DNA of 64,000 nt, taken from Hyphochytrium catenoides (Eukaryota > Protista > Hyphochytriomycota). Position 1 is the first letter of the stretch; each line of letters starts with the position of its first letter. The DNA lies in NCBI GenBank assembly GCA_900088475.1, contig FLMG01001379.1, forward strand, positions 1 to 64,000, given 5' to 3'. Positions 11,784 to 25,300 of this stretch are shown here, piece by piece. The notes under the pieces are model-generated. The model had not been told where the DNA came from, made no database searches, and worked only from the letters and a program-made list of their open reading frames with translations. The position numbers and the translations under genes are program-made.

Positions 11784-14028
11784 ATGTTGACCTTAAGGGC
11801 TGCGCGCCGCATGGCGCAGGTAAGTTGATGACCCTATGTCAAACGGTACAAAGCACCTCCTAAATAAGGAGTCATAGGTGGCAGCAGCTGCTCGGTCTCC
11901 ATCAAGATACCAAGGGAAAAATGCATCTGCTCCTTCTGCTTTGATGGCGATTAGAAGCTCCCAGAGGTGTGCATACAGCGGTTTGCAGTTGCCGTCTGCT
12001 GTTCTGAGTCATTCTTCACTGACCAGGAGAATTCACGCAACTCGGACCTTGTGTGGTGACGAGGAGGACTTCAACCAAAATGTCTCTCAGAGCCTACTTG
12101 AAGAACCTGACCAGTCAAGCAGCTCCAGAGACCTGTCCATGAGCTTAACAGAATCTCTTAGGCTTTCGCTGTCATCGATGACTGATGGAGACATTTACTC
12201 AGATCAAAGTATCCCAGCTTTTCAACAGGAGGAAGAGCCAGATTACGCTGACGAGGAAGAGGAGAATATTCCTTGGTGGGAGTCGATGGTACTAAGAGAT
12301 CCATATGGACGAAAGTCAATAACCACGACTCCCATAACTGAGGTAGGCCTTGTGTCAGATTGCATTTGGAGGAAGCTGTGAGTCTAAACGATCTACCAGC
12401 ACGAGGAGAGGGATATAAATAGAGTTTACATGCTGAGACCGGAGGAACTGTCCCGAAACTTCACAGAAGGGTAAGTGATTTGAGCCACATACAGCACAGT
12501 AAGCAGCACCTAAGTGCTTCTATTTCTAAAGAGTGGCTGGTGGACTGGACAAGGAGTTTGTTCGCCATAGTACTCGAGGCATTCTCGTCCGAAGGCAAGG
12601 TTTGGAGATGGTCGACAAGCTTCGACGTACGTGCCCCTCCTAAATGGGTGAAGAAACTTTAAGGGAAGCCTTACCCTCTTTTGTTTTAATGGATAGAGTT
12701 TGCTGCAACCGGAAGGTCCATAAAGCAAGTACAAATTCTAGATGGTGTCCGAGGATGTGGAAAAAGGTTAGTCGCTCCGTCCCTATAAGGCTGTGAACAT
12801 GAAAGGCGACTCACTCGCTTTTGTAGCGCTTTAATGACCTACGTGGTGCATTATGCAAGAGAGAGCGGATGGCTGGTTCTGTTCATCCCTAGACTTAGTG
12901 ATATTATCAGTAGTGCCAAGGTCGTGCAGCCGTGTCAAGGAATTGAGCACATGTTTCAAACGGATTTTCCACACTCAGTCTCAGTCGTCCTTAGAGAGGT
13001 ATGAGTGCCACGCGTTACTTCCATACCCGGCGACGGAGATTGTCTAAGGCTCTTCTATCGAAGTTCGTAGACCAGCATGCCCAACAGCTGGAGAATATCC
13101 CCTTGAAGACCCCGATTGCTGATTTAGCTTGCAAGGCGCGTGTTCTTCAGGTTCGTCTTGACAGTACGTGTGAATCTAAACCCGAGTTTAGGCTAAAACG
13201 CTTACTTCCTGCAGAAAGAAGGGATGAACCTCCTCGATCTGTGCCACGTAGGCATAGACTACCCGAACTTTGCCACGGCCACGTACTCCGACTTGCGAAG
13301 AGAGCTCTCCCTAGTTGACGAGTACGATCTTTCCTTCTCCCCAGTTGCCGTCATCTTCTTATCTTCACTGACTCTTGCAAATGCAGGTTTCCCGTTCTCA
13401 TTGCCGTAGACGACTACAATATGCTCTTCCAGAAGCCCCGCATTTTCTATGAGTTCGAGTCAATTGATGTGACGAATCATGCATTTTATAATGCTGTCGC
13501 CGACGTACTCCCGCTCGATGAGTAAGTGGCAAAGTTCTAGGGGAAGCCGTTATCGATGCTTAGTTTATGTGTCCTTTTTGCCACCTTAGAGGGTCTATAA
13601 GGGCTAGGCTAAGGCCAGAGAGAAAGCTGAAGAACGGGACGATTCTCCTAGCCACCACCGCAAAGTATCCAGAAAGCTCGAGGATGCAAGAGAAGGTCAA
13701 TTTGCAGCGACTATGTTCATCTGTTCATTGATAACCTGGCTTATTTGACACGAACCCTGTCACTTCCCTTCTACAGATGAATTGTGGATCCCTGCTTAGG
13801 AAGGTCAGTCCTTATAACAAAGAGGAGATGCTCAGCATCATGAAGTTTTACAAGAGGCTAGGACTCCTTCCGTATGGTAAGAATGACCATTGATAGTCAG
13901 ACTCCATTGAAGCTCAGATCCTCATGTCAATGTTAGACGCACTGGATGACGAGGTCTCTTTCTGGAATATGAAGAGTCTGGTCGATTCTAACCCAGAGAA
14001 ACTACGCCAACATTGTGAGGCTCTGTAA
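11784..14028 (+). CDS. DAP3: Mitochondrial small ribosomal subunit protein mS29 / DAP3, multi-exon
   Basis: Arg/Ala/Ser-rich presequence MLTLRAARRMAQ|VAAAARSPSRY (intron 11820-11877), P-loop ILDGVRGCGKS followed by YVVHYARESGWLV, Walker-B-like PVLIAVDDYN, and C-terminal PYNKEEMLSIMKFY...DSNPEKLRQHCEAL*. Confidence 0.85.
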
Positions 14029-14194
14029 CGCCAGTGAATATGCTTTTTGTTGTTGTCACACACAACCATTGAGCCAAAAAACTGTTCTGGATCTTCGCCA
14101 AGGTTCTCAATTGTGGCCAGATAATCGGATAACACAGGGTAAACAGTGGGGTAGGAGCTTCTAGTGTTAGTTACATCTAGGGCTGCCTGATGGG

Positions 14195-15197
14195 CTAAAT
14201 GCTCTTGTCCATCTGTGACTTCCACACCCCGTAATGAGACGTTTTCTTCCACAAGTAATAAAAGTCAATCACCTCTTTCGTGCTCTTTGTCCTAACAAAC
14301 TTCTGGATGGTATGGAATTGCTTCCCATAAATACAGATTGCCGACTCGAACACTGCCACCTCATAGGGTGACCAGTAGTCTGAAAGAACGTCATTGGCGA
14401 GAAATCTTCTTTAGCTCAGTCAGTACTTGGGATCGGGAAAAGAGCTCGCTTCATCCTTACCGAAGATCATAGGTCTTCTTACTGGAGACATTAGCATGCC
14501 CAAAGTCGTGAGCTTCTGGAGCGGGACAAGCCCATTTTTCTACCGACATATAATGAGTCAGAGGACGAAGAGAGGGACCAAAAGGGTCAAAGAGTTGATC
14601 AATAGCAGAATGCAAGAGCTGACCCACCATTAAATATTCGGCTCTGTTCGCCGTGTCTGGCATAGTGCTGAACGCACCATCATGGTAGTACATGTCACTA
14701 ACTACATCTAGATATGAATCTAAGAGCCTTGTTACTGTGCCTTTTTTGTCGGAGGCCTTTCCCTTTTTATAGGTGGCTCCAGGTCTGGGGGAAAGAGGCG
14801 CTCCTCTTGGCACTTTGGGAGATGCCTCGTCTAACGCTAGTAGGAAGATGAAAAGTCGTGATTAGCCTGAGCATTTGCATGGAAGTATTGTGGACGTTGG
14901 CCTCTTACGTCTGCCATGGTGATACTTGTCATCTTCGACCTGAGGTACAGTGACCCTGACGTAAAAATGTTCTTTACCCTGCTGTGATCCGCCAGGCAGG
15001 ATGCGTAATAAGTACTCACCTAAGCCTTTTGGTCTCCTTCTTGGTGTCTGGGGCTTGACTTTCGGCCTTCACACTCTCCAGCTTCACATGATCGTTTGTA
15101 TCGCTATCATGGCAGGTCTCATCACTAGATCCGCCATGGGAGGTCAACATCAAAGAGCTGCTTACCGCTGTCGCTTGCCAACAAGCGAGTTCTCCAT
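14195..15197 (-). CDS. SANT/Myb-like domain protein (MIER/RERE/MTA-type SANT), multi-exon
   Basis: The last exon, in a frame not shown in the ORF track, reads YWSPYEVAVFESAICIYGKQFHTIQKFVRTKSTKEVIDFYYLWKKTSHYGVWK, a typical corepressor-type SANT. Upstream exons are flanked by GT/AG. The start codon is tentative. Confidence 0.75.
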
Positions 15198-16644
15198 GCT
15201 AAGAGCATAAACTACCCCTCCTTGCGAAAAGGTAGATGAAGCCTATCTACGCTTCATACCAGACACTTACTCCATTGTCAAGCCTGCTTCAAGAAGTATT
15301 ATCAGCTTGCGTGCCGTAAATTCCGTCTCTGCTGAGGGCTGTGTGCTTTACGGTCTCAGTCGTTTAAGCAAGCGCACAGCTTTGGTCGAGTCCCCACGAT
15401 CCGTTATCACTTATCAATTGCACTTTCACCTCCTGACCGAGTATACTGCCAAAGAATTATATTTTAAGCTGTTGTCACACCAGCATCAATTGTCGCGGCA
15501 CAAAGCTGCATCTTTCTGGCGAAAAGGACTACTGTACTCCTTTTAGCACCCCAAAGGTGCTCAGTGCAGATTCTTTTGTTGGAGACAACCAAGAAGAGCC
15601 TGATTCGAACGCAGCATGTCTCGAATAATGTGGACTCTATCTGAAACAGCCCCGTACAAACTACAAATAGTAAACCCGAACCAAGATTTGAACTTGGAAC
15701 AGCAGAGGTGGTGGATGAACAGAATGGAGAGTACATCGCAATCTCTGTAAACACAGCACCTGCCGTCTTATGAGTTTTTTTAGCTCGCCTGTTCTACTTT
15801 TTCTATTCCAGAGACTCAGTGAGTCGTCATCACGTAAGCCTTCATAGAGCTATTCGTTTCTGCGCCAAAGACACGACTTCTAAAAATCGGTCTCTTGCAT
15901 GGCCATCACGAGCTTTAGACTGCCGAGGACCACCAAGCTAAGGTCACAGCATAACTTTCAGCTTCAAAGTCTCACCTCCCTGCCGCAGTAGCGTTACTAT
16001 GACTAATAAGCATACGATAACTGCTGCTGACGTGGGAAGGAGCTGCTCTTTCTCCTGTAGTGGTTCTAACTCTGTGCACCCTTTCTGGACAGTCGACGAT
16101 GATAAAATGGCAGTGACTTGAACAAGAAAAGCTTGGCGGAATTCTTCCGAAAGTAGAAAAATGGCACGCGAGAATGGGCCAGAGCCATTTTGAAATCAAA
16201 GAGCTTCATATTCTGTTTAAGAATTGAAAGTTGGGCTGCATTCCGTAGGGGTTTGCTGAGCTGCCTGTCTTTTGTGTGAAGCGGAAGACCTAAACAGACT
16301 AACGCTGCCCAATACTTCTAGCTTTGGGCCCGGTGCGCCTTCCTTCCTTTCGCTCATAATCCAATTTAATTCGTTGATAACACCATCTTACTTTGAAGCT
16401 CGCGTAATTGCTCAACTCAACTCCGCATTGGGGAGAAGAGGTCCTGATTCTGCTGAGGAGTTCTGACGGTCTATCTTGTTGTTCTGTCTTTGGTGCTTAG
16501 CAAGCTGTCTCTGCGAAAGGAAAGCTTGCTTATACACTTGACGTTGCTTTCTGGTTTGCACTCTTACCAACTGTTGTGCTAAGGGTTGCGGTAGGCCAAG
16601 TGTAATCTTTATGAGACGAGTATAAATGGAACAAGCAGTTTGAG

Positions 16645-17703
16645 ATGGAGCATAACAGCTCCCCTCTACAACCTCCTAAAGCCAGAGAGGAACTTCTCCA
16701 ATTGCTGAAAGAAAGTATTGAGTTCCTCATCTGCAAGTATCGAGAGCTTGAGAATCGGACCAATGGGACACATGCAACCGCCAGGAATCACAAAGTTTCG
16801 GCGAAACCCTCAGAGTTGTGTCTAGAATCTGACTACCTGAAGTTAGAAGATGCAGTTCGAGAAGAGGCCGAGCACGCGATGCGCATCATCGAAGATTATC
16901 AGCGTCGGACAGCAGATGTCTCGAGAAGGAGGGCAACCCTCCTTCAGTTCGTAGACATGAGAAAGGCTGAGCTTCAACAACTTAATTACAGCTACGAGCA
17001 GGAAGAAGGGAGAAAGAATACCCTAATAGAAGCTGTGGAAGTACGAAGAGCTAATCTCAAAACCCTGGCAACCCGCAACTCCATGCTGGTAAAAAGTATT
17101 ACCACATTGGAGGCAAACTACTCCCGAATGAAGCAAATGTGCTCCGACGGTGCCACTTGTTACAAGGAAGCTCAAAAAATTCAACAAGCCATGTTGGTAT
17201 CTGCTGCCTCGTTCTGCGAAGAAGTAAGAATTGCCCTTCGGGTTACAGAGACCATGCAAGCAGCGCTTGTGAATACGTTGGCAAAGGCCGATGAGATCCA
17301 GCATGAAAGGAGACTCATCCAAAGGCAGTCCAGGGAGCTAAGAATAAGAGAAGCCGATCAGAAGCGGGCGCTGGAAACGGAAGCGCAAGATCTAATTCAG
17401 AAGCGGAACAAACTGGAACGTGAGCTCAGATTGCTGTCCCAGCGCAACATCAGCATAGAAGCGTCCCTTCAAGAGTGCACTCAGGAAGCAGAAGAGCTTC
17501 TAAAAGAGCACAAGCTACTCTCAATGCGCATAGCCTTCGAGCAGTTACGGCGCTTCCAAAATAAACGAGCGAACAAGACTCTATCTGCGCACTTGAAAGG
17601 TTTGCGGCTTATAGAGGAGTCCAAGGACAGCCGGGCTTCGGAAGTCAGGAATGCAGCCCCAAACGGGTTAGACCCCTTTCTTGACGATCTGAACCCATGG
17701 TAA
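16645..17703 (+). CDS. Hypothetical coiled-coil protein, intronless
   Basis: 352-aa ORF rich in E/K/R/Q/L with heptad-like character and no recognisable catalytic motif. Confidence 0.65.
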   Translation: MEHNSSPLQPPKAREELLQLLKESIEFLICKYRELENRTNGTHATARNHKVSAKPSELCLESDYLKLEDAVREEAEHAMRIIEDYQRRTADVSRRRATLLQFVDMRKAELQQLNYSYEQEEGRKNTLIEAVEVRRANLKTLATRNSMLVKSITTLEANYSRMKQMCSDGATCYKEAQKIQQAMLVSAASFCEEVRIALRVTETMQAALVNTLAKADEIQHERRLIQRQSRELRIREADQKRALETEAQDLIQKRNKLERELRLLSQRNISIEASLQECTQEAEELLKEHKLLSMRIAFEQLRRFQNKRANKTLSAHLKGLRLIEESKDSRASEVRNAAPNGLDPFLDDLNPW

Positions 17704-17729
17704 AGATCAATGGAGTAATGACTATAACG

Positions 17730-20700
17730 CTACTGAAAAGAGCTGCTGCTGGAGCTTTTTCCACGCTGTAGCACCGACAGAACAGATTTTGGGTACAATG
17801 AGCCCCTCCTTTTGGTCCGCGGATTAGATGGACTGCGCCTCATTCCCAGTCCTGCCAAAAGGTCAGGCGTACTAGGTTTATCTTGTCTGGAAGACTTTGA
17901 CTGGGAGTAGCGCAAAGCGCCCTTCACCCCTTTCACTACCCGGGAGCTCTTGAGAATCCGTATACTCCGACGAAGCCCAGCGCTGCCACTGGGTTTGGAC
18001 TTTGTAGAGAATGAGAACACGAGCCGATTATCTTCCTGGTCGCATTCCGACAGCCAGTTGGTAACCTGCTCAGAAGATGGCTCCAATGCTCTTCGCTGCG
18101 AAATAGAGACTTAACACGAGAACTCTTATCTCTCTTCCTGCCTCCAACTCCAACCTCACCAGTTGCCCGCGCTGAAACGTACCTGTGTTTTATCGATGTC
18201 CGATCTCAAGGAGAGAAGGGCCCCTAGCGCAAGCTTGGAGTCTCTTCCAAAGTACTCGACCATCTACACAGAACGTCTAATTGGTAACAGTTGTGATCTG
18301 CAACATAACGTTGTCCGCTTACCTCAGGGAACACTGCCGACGGATCCCTCTGTGAGAAGAACCTGGAGACGAGCAAAATAGGCTCCAACGCCCTCAGCAC
18401 CTTGACTGGCAGCTCTGGCTCCACCTCTCTGAGATCATCCAGATACTTGATCGTGTATTCCTTGAGCGCGGCGTGGTCGCGAGATATTTGAGCCGCTACT
18501 AACGTCATCTCTTCACTTCGGAAGCGTATTGGGAGAATTTCGCCACTACCATCTAGGGAAAAGCTTCACGCGTAAGAAGGGGCTACTTAGTGAGAACTCA
18601 AAGACGACTGAAAGACTTACCCGCTACAACCTTGGGGATCTCGACTTGTGCGCCTTCAACTAATCGCTCGATGTAGCTGCAGACAAGTCTGTCAATGCAG
18701 GCGGCCACCACTAGTGCGAAAGAAGATCTGGAGGCTATCCAAGTTTTGAAGTCCGCCAGATAATCGTCGAACGTGGCAAGTACGGTAGTCAAAGGTGATA
18801 GACTGCCGGACAGCCACCGCGGGCAGAACAGCAATCCTAAAGGCCGCTTTATATCCTGCCAAATGGGCCGATTAGCTCAATGGCAGTAGTCCCTTGCTTA
18901 GTCCTTGTCTATTACAACCAAGTTTCCTATCCTTACTGCCTGCCTAAAGTCAACTCTTCTATGCTGTCTGTTCCGTCACTGAGCCACCATCCATTGCAGT
19001 TCACTCCCATCTTTCTATTCAGCCGCATCACTTAGTCCTCAGAAGCTTCTGTTCAGGTCCTTTTGACAAATAGGTCTTGTTGCTAGTTGTTGCTCTTATC
19101 TGTCCCCTTACCTCATAGATGGCTGAGACTATCACATTAACAGCAGCTGCTGTAGCTCCGTCCGGGGTCTGAAATCGCTCAATCAAATATTGTTCCAGCT
19201 CAGCCACACTGGGCTCGTCCATAGCGTCCCGACAGAGGTTTAGAATTTCGGTGGAACGCGTTCGAACTCCATCGTTGTCATTCACAATACTGCAGAGTAT
19301 TTCTAGCGCCCCAGCTCTGTCCTCTGCATTTTCACTGCTTAGCTGCTCACGAAGTGCGTCGCAGCTTCTTCACTCATGTCAAAAACCCATACCTTGCGTT
19401 GCTGCTGCTTGAACCTGCTCCAGGTGCCACTCTTGACGAGTCTCAAAGATTGTAAAGAAGAGCTTTGCAATGGGAAGCAGTCGTGGTCCGCGCAACCGGT
19501 TTTTGAGGTTTATGAGTTCCTTCATGATGTAGCTAACCATATCATCCACGGCCTAAGCAGGGATGTGAGCTAATATCTTCCCTTATCCTCGGGAGCAGAA
19601 AGCAGCTCACCATAGTATGAAAGTACCCTTGAGGTGACTTCAAAATCTGGTATGATTGTCGGATAACTGCATGAAAAGCGGGGCAGTGGCATATAAATAA
19701 CCATAGTGCAGAACGATTAAGGAAACCTTAGATAAGGCCTAGCACGTTGTAAAAAGCACACGGCTCGTTCTCCACCTGCATTCGACCAAGTCCGAAGCTG
19801 CAAAAAAAGACTCATTAGACTACGAGCCGGCAAGAATACGGTCTGAAAGCGCACGCACTTGGGTCCTGATAAGTTCCATGTAGGCATTAGTAAGGAGTAC
19901 ATCCGTCTCGCTGAAGGTCTTCTGTAGAAAAGGCATGTAGTCAAGTCCCGAAGCTTGCTCCATTGACTCGTCCAACCATTGGACAGACCGAAAAATGTCT
20001 CTGAGCGCCATCCCTTCCACCCTGGTCCTCACTAGCTTCATCTGCTTCTGCATGGTCTTCAAGATCTCGGACTCGAAAGCATCGTAGATGCGATAGTCCG
20101 AAGGAAAAAGATAAACCAAAAAGTTTTTGACTGTTGCCATTCCCTCAAGGAGGCAGGGGATAGACGCAGGGGCCTCTTTATCAGCAGAGCCGCCGTTAGA
20201 TTTGTCTGCCGCACCCAATAACAGGTCGGTATTCGCTTTGCAATGTGCCTTTATGGATGCCTCCACCTCAAATTGGCATCTTGCGCCCAGGTTGTCGAAT
20301 CGCTCAAAGCCATCACTGGTTGTGCAGAAGAGCTCCCGAACTGCTGAATATATCGTCTGCCCGTATTTTGAAGCCACCATTAGTGGTTTTTGGAGGTCGT
20401 GCATCGTTAGCCTGTCGTCTGAACTCAGGCTTGCCCGGTACCAACCAACCAGACACCCTCCCCTTTACCGAAGCCATCTTCCTGCTTTTTGTTTGTCTCC
20501 ATGATCTTACCTATTGCCCGTGCGCCAACCCGCTACCACTCTATTGGCGGTCGTATAGTGGTGAACATAGGCACGATAGATAGACGTCACGCACCTTAGA
20601 GTCCCTATCAGCCGCCTCTTCAGGTTCTGGGTCCATCTTTAGAATATACTCCACGCACTCAGTAAGGAGAGCTGGATTCTCTTCAGCATAGTGCAGAGAG

Positions 20701-22703
20701 TTCTTGAGAATACTCCAGAACTTTTCAGCAACTAAGTGCCCCAAGGCGTCGACACACTCAAAGTGCTGCCCAACCATGTCTACAGCTACGTTGGGGACGG
20801 CTCCAACTGAGCACGTTTTCGAAGCCATAACGTAAGGAAGTCAATTAACAGCAACCAAGATGAGTGCAGAAGCCCGAACCCACCTTCTGAGGCTGAACTT
20901 TCTTCGCTTGTCGCCTCTGTCAGTCGTCGAAGAAGGGCATCCCTATTGACACAGGGCTTGAGAGATAAAAGACAGGTAACTCATGACGGATGGCCAAAGG
21001 TAATTTACCTCCATAGGATGAGCCTCTCCCATTCCGCCTCTATGGAACTCCACTGAGAGATATCAGCATTCAATGTGCTCTCTAACCGCTTAACTTCTCC
21101 CGGGATTCTCAATAACTGCAGGGCTGGCTCCCAGTGCGTCGCTACGGCAGCCCTTTCCGTCCGTCTTAAATCGTCTTGAAGAGCAACGACCTATTGCATG
21201 GCCAAAAGAGTCGATCTAAGGAGTAGGGAACATAATGAAGCAGTAGTCACCATGGCGAGACCGTACAGTTTCCTGAAGCTGGACAATTTTAGCATCTCGC
21301 TCTAGAACTCTGGCGGTTGATAGCTTCAGTTGTATCAGGAGATCTAGTACTTCTTCCTCCAGCTCTGTGATTTTGTCCTCGGGTTGCTTCGACTCTTCAG
21401 TCAAAGACTCCTTACTCTCACTGGACAAAGGAAACGTGAGCCCGCCATCCTAAGCTTAAACACAATGCTGTCTACTACCGGGTTCTCTCCTACCTATTCG
21501 TGGTATTGGAGGGCTCTGGCTCAGTCACCAAAGTTTCTAGGTCACCTAATAAAAAAGGGCAGTAAGAGGAGATGGCGGTTGCAGTAAAGGATGCACCACT
21601 GCCAGGCCGCAAAAGAGACAAGAGGATATACCGCATCCAGTCTTACCTGTCTTACCAGAGGTAGTGCGATGGAGAGGAGCAGACGTCTGGCGATGGTTAT
21701 TCCCATCAGCCTATGGAAGGAATTAGGAAAGGTGCCGGCCAGAACGAGAAAAAGGTAAGCTCCGAAAAGTCATTGCCAACCGGACACAGAGCAGAATCTT
21801 GATTACCTCGCGCCGGTCTCCTAGTTCGCTTTCACTCTCAATTACCTTAACTCGCTGAGATAGAGTTGGAATGAAGATTCTTGCTTCCTGAGTAAGAGGT
21901 TCTCCGCTTGATGTGCCACTGTGTCCCCTTCTTGGAGATTTAGGACTTTCTTTGTCTAGAATCTCAAGGCCATCTTCCAATAAAGGCACTGCTGGGGCCG
22001 AAGTAGCTGAGCTCCAAGCAGAGTAGGTTGCTAAGTCTTCCGGTATAGCGCTTAGATCCAACTCCTCCCCTTCTGACTCGTCAGAACCTTCAATTCGGAA
22101 AGTTCCTCGAGAGACAAGAGGGCTATTGCTGCTGCTTTTGCCTTTCTCCTTTGCTTCTTTCTTGCTCCTTCCGTTTATAGGATGGAGCACGGGCTGTTGC
22201 ATAAAGGTAAAGGCCGACGTTACCTCTTGGTCCTCTTCAGCACTTGCATGTTGAGGTAGCTCTGTGGTTGAAGTGCGAAGGAAGCCAGGAGCCAAGCTAG
22301 GAGAAGACTCTTCTGTGTTATTATGGCGCAAGAGCTCATTCTCAGTTCGAAACTGGTTTAGCGTGAGCTTCAGCCGCTCAATTTCCTCTTCAAGGGCTGC
22401 CTTTTCCATTCGAATGATCTTGTTTCGCAGCTGCACTTCATCCTGGCCAGTAGGAAACAAGATAGTAGTAGAGACAAAGGCGGATTTAATTCGCCGCCAA
22501 ACTGAGCTCTGGCGCTCTGTATCTGGTTAGTCTAGGGCGCTTACCAGCATGTTATTGAGGTGAGCATTCAACACTCTTAAGGTTTTCGACTCCTCCTCGA
22601 CCGTGGCGCCCGGTGATCCAGCCGACTGGCTTGCGGCTGATGGTAGGCCTCGCCTGCCCGCTGTTCCTAACGAGCGGCTGCCCTTCAGAGCCCTTTTCTT
22701 CAT
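17730..22703 (-). CDS. SEC6: Exocyst complex component Sec6/EXOC3-like protein with long coiled-coil/disordered N-terminus, multi-exon
   Basis: Exons give LLRIPGEVKRLE, VDALGHLVAEKFWSILKNSLHYAEENPALLTECVEYILKMD, LTTVLATFDDYLADFKTWI...LVCSYIERL and VAAQISRDHAALKEY, matching Sec6 helical-rod patterns. The start at 22703 (MKKRALKG) and continuity of the N-terminal exons are inferred. Confidence 0.7.
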
Positions 22704-22987
22704 CGTCCCTGTCGCTAAGCTTTAAGCCCTACAGACTCTCAGCTGAAGATGCGAAAGGGAAAGAGCCTGTACCCCCTTGCCACACCACGCCTATAGGCGA
22801 AGAAAACCTCATCTCCTTGTCCAGCGGCTTGATGAAAGTAGCAGACAGTGGTTTCCTGTATGAGGTAGACTTCCCGGCAACCCAGAGACGTGGAATCAGC
22901 TCTCTCCCGCTCTCATTGCCTGCCATAGGGGCAGTGATCTTCTTGCTTGTGGCCTATCATGCCTGTCTTCTTCTGAGAGTTTGGGAT

Positions 22988-23015
22988 GCTGCTGCTGCTG
23001 CTGCTGTTGCTGCTG
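22988..23015. repeat. (GCT)n trinucleotide microsatellite
   Basis: gctgctgctgctgctgctgttgctgctg read directly. It lies upstream of the putative Sec6 start. Confidence 0.9.
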
Positions 23016-23437
23016 TCTCTGAGCGGGGCATCTGTGACACTTTGGATGAACTGATGATGGGATGATTGATATGCCTTTGATGGGATAATGGGCGAGTATT
23101 ACTACTGCTGACAGCTGGGGATATGCACGTTGACGGGGCACTCTCGTGCCTATTATTTACCAATGTGAACGTGAGCGAGGAGCGACAGAGACACAACTGA
23201 CGGGGAGACAGAGTGTGAAAGAGATGGACGGAAGTGGAAGGAAAGAGGAGAAATATGAAAAATTAGGTTGTTAAGTGATGAAAAAGAGACGACATGAGAT
23301 ATTCCGGTATGAGAGACAGAGAAGCAAAGAGGGAAGGAAAGAATGAGCAAAGTGCATGAGAAAGAGCGACTGAGAGAGACAGATAAAGGGCAGGTGGAAG
23401 GGAAGAGACCGCGGAACCAAAAGAAAGCAGAAAAAAA

Positions 23438-23453
23438 AGAGAGAGAGAGAGAC

Positions 23454-23496
<43 letters not shown>

Positions 23497-23520
23497 GAGA
23501 AAGAGAGGAAGGAGAGAGAA
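23438..23520. repeat. (GA)n microsatellite
   Basis: Long interrupted gagagaga tract read directly. Confidence 0.95.
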
Positions 23521-23740
23521 GAGGTGAAGGAGGAAGGACACTGATTCTGATGATGCGAATCCTCGTCATTCCTAGTTGTTCATTTTCCTTCGGGTAATTC
23601 TATGGGTCCTCCCCTCTCCCTCAATCCTATAAAAGGCACATCCTCATCAGCAGCCCACGAAAGGCAGTCGGTGCTCTCCCATCGCTGGTGCATTCTGATC
23701 CCTCTCTGCCGCTCCATCGTCCCAGCGAGTGCGAAGGCAC

Positions 23741-24909
23741 ATGACTCCAACAGCTCCTAGCGCTGAAAGGCAGGTAGTCCCCTATGGACCGCTGAAGCTG
23801 AGGGCTAAGATAGTAAAGGGTAAGTGTGGACTTTATAAGTCGCTTCTTTCTCTCTCTCTCCCTCTCGCTCTCTCTCTCTCTCTGTCTCACTCTGCCTCTC
23901 TCCTCTCTCTGTTCTTGACCGTCACCGTCGCCGTTGTCAGTAGTGAGAGCTCAGTCTCTTAGCTCCTGTGCTCGTTGCTTTGATCCTCCTGTCCGAGTCT
24001 TCGTTCTATGAGAGCCCCTACTTTTATCGCTGTTAAAGAGTCTCACTGGTCCGCTCCCTGCTGCGGCTATTACAGGCTTCCAGCGGGGAAGTTCGGAACT
24101 TGGCTATCCCACGGCCAACCTTTCCCCTGAGGACTTGGGAGATGAAGTATTTTCATCTCTAGAGCCTGGTGTGTACACTGGCTGGGCTTCTCTGTCGGGC
24201 AAGTACAAGGAGGGCGGTCCATACATGGCTGCGGTCAGCATAGGCTGGAATCCAGTGTATAACAACAAGGTGAGCCATGGATTGGGGAGATGGGCATAGG
24301 AAAGACGATGAAAGCTTGAAGGCGGTAGAATCGAGGAGAAGAGAGGAGCGGCAAAGGGAAATAGATAGAAAACAGGCTAATCTAAAAGATGACCATTGAG
24401 ATGGGAATGCGACAGGATAAGTAGTGCCTCCCTGGATGCGTGCTCTTAAGAACCCCGCCAGAGAGGGAAGAGAGTTAGAGCCAAAGCGAGAGACAGTTGA
24501 TCTGGGAGACAAACTACTTTAGAGTGTGATTGAGGGACAGGTTGCCACCTCTGACGCCTTTGCCCTTGGTGACAATTATCGTCTTGTGCACGCTATAGGA
24601 AAAGACTGTCGAGCCCTATCTTCTTCACAAGTTTGAGGAGAACTTTTACGGAGAGACGATGAAGCTCATCATCTGTGGCTACGTACGGCCAATGTTGAAC
24701 TTCACTTCGCTGCAGGAGCTTATTGACGCTATAGAGGCGGACTGCAGAATCACGCAAGAGACCCTCGACCTGGAGCCGTATAAGGTACCACGGCCAGTTT
24801 TAGTCTTCATGGCTTGCTCTTCAACTAGGGCGTACGTGAAATAAGTAGTCTAACTCTTGTTCTCGTCTTACAGGCTTTGAAGACAGACAGCTTCTTGAGC
24901 TGTTCCTAG
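23741..24909 (+). CDS. RFK: Riboflavin kinase (monofunctional eukaryotic type), 4 exons
   Basis: Spliced: IVKG|FQRGSSELGYPTAN, GVYTGWA, SIGWNPVYNNK|EKTVEPYLLHKFEENFYGE, GYVRPMLNFTSLQELIDAIEAD. The PTAN and catalytic Glu motifs are present. Confidence 0.95.
23846..23910. repeat. (CT)n microsatellite in riboflavin kinase intron 1
   Basis: ctctctct tract read directly. Confidence 0.9.
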
Positions 24910-25300
24910 CGCCCAGCTATGCCTGCGCATGCAGCCTGAACGTGATCTGCCATCCCCATCCTACTGTTTCCTGCATCTAGCTCTCCTGTCTCTTCTAAGG
25001 TCCCTCAGCCTTCCTCTGAAATCGTCTCTTCGTCCTTTCTTCTGATAGGCAGTTGTGTGGGCCTTTTGCCTCAGAACTAGGTGCACCACAGCTATATTTA
25101 GCGACTTAAGTTATTCCCACCATTTGGTCCGATTCTCGCTGCATCTGCTTTGTCAGCTGACAAAGCTCCTGATATTGGCTCCTTCTGAGTCCAGTAGCCC
25201 AAGAAGCTGTCTCTGGAAAGTACAATTCGTAAGGCAGCGTAGGGCACGGTCTTGACCTTAGCTGCATTGGACCCCAAACTTTTTAATCCTCTCCTAATGC

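Noticed and set aside
13914-14252. Minus-strand 112-aa ORF overlapping the DAP3 C-terminal exon (apparent antisense coding overlap)
   Set aside because: The real last exon is in another frame (SANT domain) and stops at 14195, so no coding overlap is needed.
23153-23597. ORFs with SLSLSL / RERERE runs
   Set aside because: Translations of the (GA)n microsatellite, not proteins.
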